DNA from: Prorocentrum cordatum
Lineage: Eukaryota
Length of the DNA stretch: 64,000 bases
Assembly: GCA_963575745.1 (NCBI GenBank)
Contig: CAUYUJ010000269.1
Span: forward strand, 1-64,000
Direction: 5' to 3'
The notes under the pieces: generated by a model
Database searches by the model: none
What the model was told of the DNA's origin: nothing
What the model saw: only the letters and a program-made list of their open reading frames with translations
Position numbers and translations under genes: made by a program
Part shown: positions 51,679 to 61,807 of the stretch, piece by piece
Layout: every line of letters starts with the position of its first letter
Numbering within the stretch: the stretch's first letter is position 1

Positions 51679-52730
51679 CCAAGGCGCAGGAGACGAGGCG
51701 CCCGCGGGGCGGCCGCGGGCCGAACACTCCAGAGGGGCCCCGCGAGCGCCAGGGGCGGCCACGACGCGCCCCCGCCGGCCGAAGAGCCGGAAGGCCCAGC
51801 CAAAGAATCCGCAAGCCAAACAATTATGATTCGCGGGTCGAGAGCGCACCTCTTCCGGTCGAAGCCAAGCGGGCCGCGCGAAGCTTGAATTAACATGGAG
51901 GGGGAGGAAGGGGGGAAGGCGCAGCCTCAGAGCGAGGCCGGGAGGCGGCAAACTGCAAGCCGAAGAAGTTGAGCAGGGAACGGCCGTCCCGCCATTTCTA
52001 TAGCCCTACCACGAGAGTCTTTTTAGACACCAGAAATGTTCGAATCACAAAAAGAATGTTCTTAGAACATAAGCCATATATGTTAAAACAAGACAGACTC
52101 AGCCAGAACTGTTCTAAGAACATTTGGTGTAAAACCACAAGAAGGTTCTTGGAACACAGGTGGGCCTATAGGCGAGCCAGGACGCTCCGCCACTGCTTGA
52201 AACAAGAACCCACGGCGCAAGCACTGTTTGGGGAGCGCGTGGCATGTAGGTTCAAGGTCAAGCTGATGTTGGTCACCATTCGATCTGGCGTGGCCTTGCA
52301 CAGGTGAGCAGTGCGCCCAGCAGAGAGGAGCAGCAAAGGAATGAGGGATCACGGACAAGCGATGAAAAAGGAGGGATCTGAGATCTCGGCGCCCTGGCAT
52401 TCTTGACCGGAGCAAACCTCTGGAGAGGCAGAGGGGGACGACGACGAGAACGAATAAGGAGAAGACGCGGTTTTGCGATACATGTGAAGAATGCTTCCAA
52501 GGAGAAGGAAGGAGGGGAAGGAGGACGAGGATACCCGGAGAGAAGGGGGAAGGGAGGAAGAGAAGTGAGAGGAGGAGAAGCAGCACGAGGAACCACAGGA
52601 GCAGGCGCAGAAGCAGGGAGCTGGAAGACCGTGAGGGATGAGGCCGTCCGACTCCGCAGCACAAGCTCGCCACGCCACCTGAGCCCGTGCGCCTTCTGGA
52701 GCAGGCGAAAAGCCTGAATTACCCAATCGC

Positions 52731-53543
52731 TCAGCGCCAGTGGTGGCGCTTCGGGAACTTCGGTCCGTGCCTCACCTGGTAGGGCCCACTCACAGGCTGT
52801 TTCTTGTTGCAGCCCGCAACTGCTGCCGTCACCGCCGAATTGTCGTCCGTGCCGAGGAGGCCAATCGCGTCCGTTCCCACGTTCGAGATACTGAACGACA
52901 TGTCGTTCGCGTAAACGGGCAAGCCGGTGTCTAGCAAGGTTCCCCGCCAGACGGTGCTGAAGTGCAACTTCAACTCCTGGTTCCCGAAGTCCAAGCCGCA
53001 TTCTACATTGTAGGTCGTTGTGCGGAAGCGATAAGTCCTCTTGGTAGGCCACTGAAAATAACCCCTTTGCTGCGAGACGGTACAATAGGCCAGCTGACTT
53101 GAAAATTCCTCTGGGGTCTTGTACTCGTCGTTGATTTGGAACCCGAGAGCGTCTGAGGAGTTGCCGACATCGCTGAGGATAGAAAAATCAACTTTCGTAA
53201 CGCCAGATGCCCCGCTAGCGAGCTTTGTACCCTGAATCGACAGATTGCGAATCATCAGGTCGTTGCAATCGCTGTCGTTCTCCAGCTTGTCAAAACTTGC
53301 CTTGAAGATCAAATCGCACGCATCTGGAACTTCTGGGTTGCAAGACGACGGCAATCCGATCATGACGAAATCTCCAGGCGTGGTGACGTGGAACTTCTCC
53401 CCTGCGATGTTTGTCAACTCAGGGTCAAGAGCGGAAACGCTGTCGGTCATCACACGGCTTCCGTGAAGCGCGACTGGAGCGTCACTGGTTTGCAGACCGT
53501 CGACGCCTGCGACGATTCCAGCAATCCACGCTAGGCGATACAT
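52731..53543 (-). CDS. Secreted VWD-like domain protein (DP-x-L-x-N-I-x-GEKF ... GLLG-x-DD type); 3' end possibly spliced at 52776
   Basis: 270-aa complex ORF with a hydrophobic N-terminus. DPELTNIAGEKFHV and IGLLGTDD resemble the VWD GDPH and GLLG terminal motifs. CAG|GTGAGG donor after PYQ. Confidence 0.75.
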   Translation of the reverse strand: MYRLAWIAGIVAGVDGLQTSDAPVALHGSRVMTDSVSALDPELTNIAGEKFHVTTPGDFVMIGLPSSCNPEVPDACDLIFKASFDKLENDSDCNDLMIRNLSIQGTKLASGASGVTKVDFSILSDVGNSSDALGFQINDEYKTPEEFSSQLAYCTVSQQRGYFQWPTKRTYRFRTTTYNVECGLDFGNQELKLHFSTVWRGTLLDTGLPVYANDMSFSISNVGTDAIGLLGTDDNSAVTAAVAGCNKKQPVSGPYQVRHGPKFPKRHHWR

Positions 53544-53606
53544 GCTGGGAAAGTGAAGTGTAGGGAAGTGCGACCGTGCAATTGGCAGAAACGCGACGAC
53601 TGCTGG

Positions 53607-53641
53607 CTTGAACTCGAGTGGCTCGAGCCAGAGTGCCTATG
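53607..53641 (-). other. Tandem DinoSL relics upstream of the VWD-like gene
   Basis: Minus strand ATAGGCACTCTGGCTCGAG (14/19 to GTAGCCATTTTGGCTCAAG) immediately followed by CCACTCGAGTTCAAG (10/15 to CCATTTTGGCTCAAG). Confidence 0.65.
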
Positions 53642-56539
53642 TATTGTGATGAGGATGATCGTGTCGGTGATGATGGGATGGATCGTGATGACGATATGGA
53701 AGCACGTCCCGATATGTCCCAGTCGAGGGCAACGATGCACCCCGATACATTCCAAAGGCAAAGCGATACCCGACATTTAGACTGGCATCCAGAACTTACG
53801 CAAACTCAGACACATCAAGTGTAATGCAAAGAGTCGCCAGCTAATAATAATGTTACTATTCAGCTTGAGCTCCAAGCCGAAGGCTAAAGCCAACGCTGCC
53901 TGTCAACAAGTGAAACTAAAGATGAGGCCGCAATTACAGCCTTGGCAATAATCCAGAACCGTGTGCGTGTTCGTATTGAGCCAACGCTAACAACTCAAGC
54001 TAAAGGGAACGCTATAACTGAGGCTGAGCAACTATTAACGCCAAGACTCTTTGGGTGGTGTTCCGTGGTGTCCTGTTGTGGTGTCATTGAGGCTGCACTC
54101 GCAGTGTCCCAGGGTGGCACGTGGTGTCCCGTTGGGGTGTCACGTTTCACGTGTCAGTCTACAGGTGAAGTTAAATAACACGCTTAAGCTTAATATGAAG
54201 GCCCCGCGGTCTCGCCTTGAATGCTCAACACGAATCCCTCAAAACTGAATGCCGCAAGACAAGCTCACGACTTAAATAGGAACATCAAGTTATTGACGCG
54301 TCAGAAACAGCAACAACATTTGACGACTGGGCAGACATTATACTTAACTTAGATGCGCCTTGGTGCCACGTCAAACTGCAACGTACGTCCCTGTGTCCCG
54401 TAATGTGAAGCCCAGTGTCGATAAAGCTAACGTCTAAAGCTACATTCAGACTGTAGTCCACGCTAAAGGTGGAGCCACATAGAAAATATGTGCTACACGG
54501 TACTTCACATCTTATTCGAGCTAAACCTTCCGCCACCACCGCGGTTTGCGTGCAGGGCCCTTCCAGGTTTCGTCACTTCGGCTTGTTGCGAAGAGCCGAT
54601 GAAGGCCACCAGAAAACCTGTCTTCTTGCTCGTGCATAACAAATGCCACCCCGGCAGGCGACCCCCCGTGGCATCTGCTTCCGCCACCTCCCCTTGGAAA
54701 GCCCCAGGGCGGCTCAGACAGCCCAAAAAGCCACGCGAATCTGGCCCACGATGGCCTGAAGACGGCTCACGGTGGCCCCAAGACGGCCCAAAATGGGCAT
54801 AAGACGGCCCACGAGGCCTGCAATACAGCCTACAGCCCAAGAGCTCCAATAGGCCCACCAGGAGGTCTCCAAGAAGCAGAAATCGATGGTTTGTATCAAA
54901 TCGCTGAGCGACGGTGGCATTCTCGCCAGTCCAGGCCCGCCACATCCCAGGACGGCCGAAGAGGCCCCCTAGAGGGCCCCAAGACGGCCCAGCCCAATAG
55001 GCACCCAAGACGACTCAAAGGGGGCCCTGAAGCGCCCGAAGAGACCCACGACGGCCCACAGAGGTCAGGCACCAAGACGGCGCCCGAAGGCGTCCGACGG
55101 GCCACGAGCGCCCTAAGACGGCCCAAGAGGGCCCCGGGAGGCCTGGAGCGGCGCCCAATAAGATCCCAAGAAGCCCCCTACACTGACCAACCGGAGCCTC
55201 AGCCCCCACACGGACCTGCGAGCCCCCCCAAAAACGCCCGATATCCCCAAGAGGACTGCAAGCCGGCCCGGCAAGAGGCCGCGCGAGGACCGTGCAGCGG
55301 CACGCCCGTGCCTCCCTGCGGCCCTGCCCCGCAGCTCGTCCGAGCGCGGCGGATGTGCGCATGCGCGGCAGCGCAGCTGGACGGCACTGCGAAGAACCCC
55401 TCGGGAGAGAGCGGAGGGCCCAAAGCTTCGACGGTTCAGACTGCCTGAGCCGCCTGCCCCCCGGATCGGGCGGGGTGGCAATGGGGGGTGACCTGCGGGG
55501 GGGGGTGAAGAACAGGGCCCTCCAGGTGTCTTTAGGGTCCCTTCGGGGCCCCGGCCAGCTCCCAACGGGGCCATCAAAAGGCCCCCCCCCCCCCCCCCCC
55601 CTTTGGAGCCCTGTTCTTCAACCTCCATATATAAGCCACCCCACATTACCGCCCGCCCGAGCAGAGCTCTCGGACCCCCACTCCAGGACTCGTGGGCGAA
55701 ACACATATGATCCGTATCCGCGGCCTCGCGGGCTGGGCCCCTGGGCCGCGACCCCGCGGATACGGGGCGTGTCTTCGCGGATGTTCCGCTCGGGACGTAA
55801 CCGTACAACCGCGCATCCGCGGGATCGCGCTCCGGAATCCAGACCGCTTTGACGCGGATGCGGACATATGTTCGCCGCTCTTGAAGGACCGGCTGTTCAC
55901 CCTGCGGTGGGCGCAGGGGTCGTACATTAAAACCAATAAACAATAGACGTATAGAAAACAAGCTTTCACATGCACATATCGATGTATGATTACACATGTG
56001 TAACGTTGGCGGCCCTGCGGCCCCGAAGCGGCCTCCCTGCGCCGAGCGCTGATGGCATCTCTTTTGTGCGGGGGCCGCGCCACCCTCCCCCCCGCCCAAA
56101 AGAGGGCGGAGGGCCCGCTGCGGCAAAGGCCCGTCCGCAAGCGCGCTGGCAGAAGCGAACCCAACGGGGTCGGAAGTGCCCCCACGCCCTCCGAGGAGGA
56201 GTTCCGAGAAGTCCCGCCGCCGTCTGAGGAAGGCCTTCCCTTTCTCGCTTCCCCCCCCCTTCGCTCGCAGCCGAAGCCGAGCACGCGCCAATTTTGGGGG
56301 GCTCGCGTGGGCACTCTCTCCCGTGACGTCTGCTCCTCGCGGGGGACGCGCTGGCCCGGCTCAGCGCTCGCCAAGGTCGAAGCCGGGTCCACGTCGCGCA
56401 CCCCGGGCGACCGCGTATAGAGAAGGGGCCCAGAGACACGCAAACGAATACAGCCATCGGCCTGACCTAAGGAACTATAAACAAGGAACGAAGCCCCTTT
56501 TTTCCAGGGAATATCGCACAAGGAACGATAAGTAATAAC

Positions 56540-57568
56540 TTATCCCAGTGCGACCCTACCTAGGAGTTGGAGCCCCTAGGAAAGCAGCATTAGTAGTAAC
56601 AGTAAAGCTAAGCGAAAGCTAAGCGAAAGCTAAGCTAAAGCTAAGCTAAAGCTAAACTAAAGCTAAGCTGAAGCTAAGCTCAAGCTAAGTTAAAGCTAAG
56701 CTAAGGCTAAGCTAACACTAAGCTAAAGCTAAGCTAAATCTAAGCTAAATCTAAGCTAAAGCTAAGCTAAAGCTAAGCTACAGCTAAGCTAAAGCTAAGC
56801 TAAAGCTAAGCTAAATCTAAAGCTAACTATGAGCTAAATATAAAGCTAAGGCTAAGCTAAACATAAGCTAAAGCTAAGCTAAAGCTAAGCTAAAGCTAAG
56901 CTAAAGCTAAACTGAAGCTAAGCGAAAGCTAAACTAAAGCTAAGCTAAGGCTAAGCTAAATATAAGCTAAAGCTAAGCTGAAGCTAAGCTAACTCTAAGC
57001 TAAATCTAAGCTGAAGCTAAGCTAACTCTGAGCTAAGTCTAAGCTAAATCTAAGCTAAAGCTAAGCCTAAGCTAAAGCTAAAGCTAAGCTACAGCTAAGC
57101 TGAAGCTAAGCTAAAGCTAAGCTAAAGCTAAGCTAAAGCTAAGCTAAATCTAAGCTAACACTAAGCTAAATCTAAGCTAACACTAAGCTGAAGCTAAGCT
57201 AAAGCTAAACTAAAGCTAAGCTAAAGCTAAGCTAAGGCTAAGCTAGCACTAAGCTAAAGCTAAGCTAAAGCGAAGCTGAAGCTAAGCTGAAGCTAAGCTA
57301 ATGCTAAGCTAAAGCTAAGCTAACACAAGGCTGAAGCTAAGCTAAAGCTAAGCTAAAGCTACGCTAGCACTAAGCTAAAGCTAAGCTAAAGCTAAGCTAA
57401 AGCTAAAGCTAAAGCTAAGCTAACGCTAAAGCTAAGGCTAAAACTCCCAGGGGACTGGGGGAACCGCGGGGCGGGGACTGGGGGAACCGCCTGGGGCGGT
57501 TAGCATTGCCCGGCCCTTTAAGCAAAGAGAGTAAGAACCCTTCTAGGCAGAGCCTAGGTAGGGAATAA
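56540..57568 (+). mobile_element. Element carrying an AAAGCTAAGCT satellite, with subterminal inverted repeat and 3' hairpin
   Basis: CCCTACCTAGG at 56554-56564 and CCTAGGTAGGG at 57553-57563. Stem CTAGGC-AGA-GCCTAG. Ends TTATCCC...GGGAATAA. 11-bp array at about 56604-57441. Confidence 0.65.
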
Positions 57569-57709
57569 CGCATAAGGAACGATAACTAACGCATGCAAGC
57601 CTAAGGAACGACCGAGCCCCTTTTGAAAAGTAGGTGTTCCTTATTCAAGCCGCTCACTGTAGACACAGATCCAAGGATTCCCCATATCTTTAATGCGTGC
57701 TGGGTGTTC

Positions 57710-57850
57710 GTGGGGAGACCAAGAAGGTACCGATGCCACTACTCCGCGGACCTCTCCCGGGGTGCGTTCTGACCAGCATGTCGAGGCGAATCCAGCGGTG
57801 GCGACGAGGGTCTCCCGGGAAGCCCAAAAAGGGGACACTGGGCGAAGGGG
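57710..57850 (+). repeat. Dispersed repeat shared with about 51262-51390
   Basis: AAGGTACCGATGCC.CTACTCC.CGGACCTCT...GGGGTGCGTTCTGACCAG...TCGAGGCGAATCCAGCGG occurs at both loci. Confidence 0.8.
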
Positions 57851-58126
57851 CAGAGGTATGGGTGCCTTCTCCTCCTCCGAGTTTGTCTTCCCCTTCACTT
57901 CCAAGTTTCTCATATGTTCCTGGTAATCGATCATCACTTGTGTCTGTGTGTGTTCTGTTCTCCCCCTGGCCAGATCGGCTCACGAACCCTGGCGGAGGGG
58001 AGGGGAGGGGACGGGAGGCTCCTCGCGGCTCCTAAGCCTGGGCTGGCCAGCGGGGGGGAATGTGGCTGACCCCCCTCAGCGCCGAACCCCTTCAATAGTG
58101 AGCGTTTTCTTATTCGGCGTTTCGGC

Positions 58127-58328
58127 TTCGGTCAGGCATGTCCCCCTACAGGCGGATTTCCAGCGAAAAATCAAAAGTATCAAACAAATACACCAAATCG
58201 TCAACAACAATAAAAAAGAGTCCAACCATGCTCAAGCATTGTCAAACAATGCTCCAAACATCGCCCTCGGACTATTTGTTTTGACGATGTTTGAACTGTC
58301 CTCCTGTAGAGGGGCATGCCCGACGTAA
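58127..58328. mobile_element. MITE family A copy 2
   Basis: GTCAGGCATGTCCCCCTACAGG and CCTGTAGAGGGGCATGCCCGAC. TSD GTTTCGGC (58119-58126) and GTTTCGAC (58329-58336). Confidence 0.82.
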
Positions 58329-58374
58329 GTTTCGACATCGGGCGGAAAAGGGGGATAGGGGGGGGGGAACCAGG

Positions 58375-58668
58375 CATCGCTCGGACGTCCATGTCCCGTG
58401 CATTTGTCGGTCTCGTGCGTGTTTGTTTGCTCGACGGTCCAGGATGGTCCTCGATGGTTCTCGCCGAGAAAAAATAGGGGGCAAACAAACCTACCTCGCT
58501 TTTGACCACCCTCGCTTCCAAAAAATACCAAGCGATGCCAAACTACGGCATGTACTGGTCAGGCCGCTTGACGAGGAGGCGTATGGTATGACTTGGGTTT
58601 TGCCTGGAAGCGAAAGAGGGATAATTAGGTAATTCACGCTCTGAAAAAATGCACACGTCCGAGCGGTG
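58375..58668. mobile_element. MITE family B copy with CCAGG flanks
   Basis: CATCGCTCGGACGT...ACGTCCGAGCGGTG, flanked by CCAGG at 58370-58374 and 58669-58673. Confidence 0.65.
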
Positions 58669-58801
58669 CCAGGGGACGGGGAGGAGGGGGCCCAGCTGCG
58701 GACGTATGCTTCGCGCGACGGTTGGCAGCCGTGCGGCCCTGCGGGGGGGAGGCTCCGCCTGCCCGCTCGGAACGGGCGCCAGAGACAGCCAAGATCTACT
58801 C

Positions 58802-58961
58802 TGAGGTCGGGCCTGTCCCCTTACAGGGGGGTTTTGGACGACGAATAAGAAATACTCAAAACATTCCCCCAAGATGCTCCAAAATATTAAAAAATGATCC
58901 CCGGACAATTTTTTAAACTATTTTTGAAGATTCCCCCTGTAGAGGGACAGGCCCGACTTAC
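58802..58961. mobile_element. MITE family A copy 3
   Basis: GTCGGGCCTGTCCCCTTACAGGGGG and CCCCCTGTAGAGGGACAGGCCCGAC. TSD ATCTACTC (58794-58801) and ATATACTC (58962-58969). Confidence 0.85.
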
Positions 58962-59220
58962 ATATACTCCATGGGGAGGGGGGCGGGGGGGGGGGTTGCG
59001 AGGGCCCGCGCCGATCGGCAAAACAACGAATGAGAAAATGGTCACGTAGACAAGCGCGTCCCACTGCTCGCAGAGTGCCTGCTCGCAAATGGCCTGGAGC
59101 CGCCGCGGGGGAACTCACGATCCAGTACACCGATGCAGACGTGTTTTTTTTCTGACGTCTGCGAGTAGGCACTTTGCGAGTGATTCGTGGAGCGCGCTCG
59201 GAATCAAGAGCGCCCAGATC

Positions 59221-59285
59221 CTTAGGCATGTCGATCCCCATCATGCCGGCCATGATCGACTGCATCTGCTTTGCCGTCGCCGGAT
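59221..59285 (-). CDS. Predicted exon (D)PATAKQMQSIMAGMMGIDMPK, Met-rich DP/STI1-like
   Basis: CCAAG|AT acceptor in phase 1, AAG|GA donor. Completes a GAT codon with the exon ending at 59674. Confidence 0.7.
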
Positions 59286-59470
59286 CTTGGTCTGGCCGGG
59301 CAGCCGAGAACAAAGAACAGCCTTATTTTCGAGAGGTATGGACAAAGCAAGTAGGGGAATGCAGGAGAGAGGAGGGGGAGGGAGGAATCCAGAGGAAGGG
59401 GGCAAAACAGGATCGGAAATGAACGGTCTAAATGGCAACGCAGGCGCACAGAAAAGATGGGGAAGAAGAG

Positions 59471-59505
<35 letters not shown>

Positions 59506-59673
59506 AGACGACGACGACGCAGACGAAGACGACGACGACGACGACGACGACAATAGCGACGACGACGACTACGCTGACGACGACGACGACGATGACGACG
59601 ACGACGACGGAGAGGGGGGACAGAGGAAGGCGAGACGACAGGGCCGAGTGGGGCTGCCCGAGCGAGCCGCGGC

Positions 59674-59707
59674 CTTTGGTCGCCTCATACATCTGCCTCT
59701 TCATCGC
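59674..59707 (-). CDS. Predicted exon AMKRQMYEATK(D)
   Basis: CCGCAG|GCG acceptor, AAAG|GC donor. Phase matches the next exon. Confidence 0.65.
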
Positions 59708-61807
59708 CTGCGGCGGCCACGTCTGCACACTACGGTCAAAACTGATAGCAGGGATGAGCGAAACAGGATGTGCGCCTATTGGACGCCCGTGTCGAAGTTT
59801 TTGAGCGCGGCGAGCCATCCCCAATCATCTGGCTGCTCCAATTTGTTTTAAGCGTGGGCCCTGGAGGTCCGGACCACTTCCCTAGGGCCCGTTTTTCGTC
59901 CCAAATCATTGTTTGACGCTCCCCAGGCCTGGCGAGGGCCCTCGAGAGGCCGAAAACAATCCAAAACCGCCCGCTCCACTTATTTTTGGAGCTGCGGATC
60001 TCTGGGTGGAAAGAGGTTTGGGATGGACCGAGGAGGCAAGGATATGCGAGGGTACCCTCGGGAAGGAACCCATCCTTACCATCGGCTTCGACTGCACTGT
60101 CCTCCTCCTCCTCCCCCACTTGTTGCTGCTCCTCCTGCAGCTCTTGCAGCTCCTTCTGTTGCGTTGAGCGGACTCGAGGTAGTTACCGAAGCCTGTAACG
60201 CTCTCATGTAACTCCTCCTCGTCGTCCTCGTCCTCCTCGTCGCCCTACCCCCTCCCTCGCTCCCAGCACTTTCCAGGGGCCACTCTTGAACTCCCCAAGA
60301 CACCTGAAGGGAAAGCCCTCTGCCTTCTCCTCCTTCCCCTCCCTCCTGCCCCTGCCATTATTTGCCCTCCTCCTGCTCCTCCTGCTCCCCCTCCTCCTCT
60401 TCCTCCTCCTCCTCCTCCTACTCCCTCTCCTCCTTGTCTTCCACCTCCTCCTCCTCCTCCCTTTCCTTCTTGTCCTCATCCACCTTGTTCCTACTCCTCC
60501 TCCTCCTCGTCCTCCTCCTCCGCCTCCGCCTCATCCTCCTCCTCCTCATCCTCCCCCTCCTCCTTGTCCTCATCCTCCTTGTTCCTCCTCCTCCTCCTCC
60601 CTTTCCGTCTTGTCCTCATCCACCGTGTTCCTCCTCCTCCTCCTCCTCCTCGTCCTCCTCCTCCTTTTCCTGAACCGCTGAGCCACTGATGGTCTGAGAG
60701 TCGGCCGGGCACGACCATCCCCCCCCCGATGGCCGGTCGGTCCTGGGGGGGATAAAAGCCAGGAGCCTGGCGACTCCTGGGGCGGTCGTTCCAGGAGTCG
60801 CTGGCTGGCAACGCTAGGCGAAGGGTCCTCCACCTCCAGCTCCCCAGTTCGACTACACGCAAGAGTGACCCTGGGTAAGAATGAGCTTTGGTGCGCGGCT
60901 TTCTGGGGGCCGCGGGGGGGCCAAACCCAAACGCGCACAACGCTACCTTCGCATCGCATTCCGAGATCGGAGGACCCCATTGGGCCCGCACCAAAGGTCA
61001 CTCCGGCGAAAGGTCACCCTTACGTCTAGTCGGCCAGTTCTATGCCCCCCCCCCCTCCACATTCAGGTCCCCCGTGCCACGGGCGCTTCGGCAGGGGTGT
61101 CGGCAGGGTAAACAACAGTGCGCGGTGTCGATGTTGGACGTCCAGTCTCTGGAGCGCGAACTTTGCTTTCGCACCAAAATGAGGCTAGTGACCCCGGGCG
61201 CAACTGTCTTCGCGCTCCGCGTGGAAACGGCCACGGTGGTCCTGGCCAGGCGTAGTTGTGCGACGAACGGACTGTGTTGTCTGTTTGTGACACGAGCCAT
61301 ATTCGTCCGATTTTCGTCCTGGAGTTCGGTCGCTCCAGCCAAGGGGCGTGCGCGGGAGAGGATGGACGCGGTGAAACCGAGCTGCCGAATGCGGGGTGAT
61401 GCTGAGGCCAAGTGGGCGGTGCATAACATGAACAAGCAAATGAAGGAAGGGGAGACCTCCTCCTCCTCCTTCTCCTCCTCCTCCTCGTCCATCTCATCCT
61501 CTTCCTCCTCCTCCTCCTCCTCCTCCTCCTCGACTGGGGCTGGTGGCGTGTCGCAGCCCTCAAAACCGGAATGGCTGGGTGGCACCAGCACGGCTGCACC
61601 CGTGGTCCGCAGCTCGTCGTGATGGATCAACCCACCCCCCCATCAGCCCGCCCCGCCGACGACTCCCGCTCCCCACGACAGCGGCGCGGGTGGGCGAAGG
61701 GGGCGAGGGGGGCCCAGGGGGACGGCCGCGCAGACGGCGGGGCCCTGGGGGAGGGAGAGCAATGCTATAGCGTAAGGGGGAGGGACGATGAAGACGACAG
61801 CGCGACG

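Noticed and set aside
53860..53990. Further GCTCAAG/TTGGCTCAA-like words on the minus strand as SL relics
   Set aside because: Matches are short and no ORF follows directly.
61290..61445. Plus-strand EAKWAVHNMN resembling an RRM helix
   Set aside because: Too short, and no RNP motifs in register.
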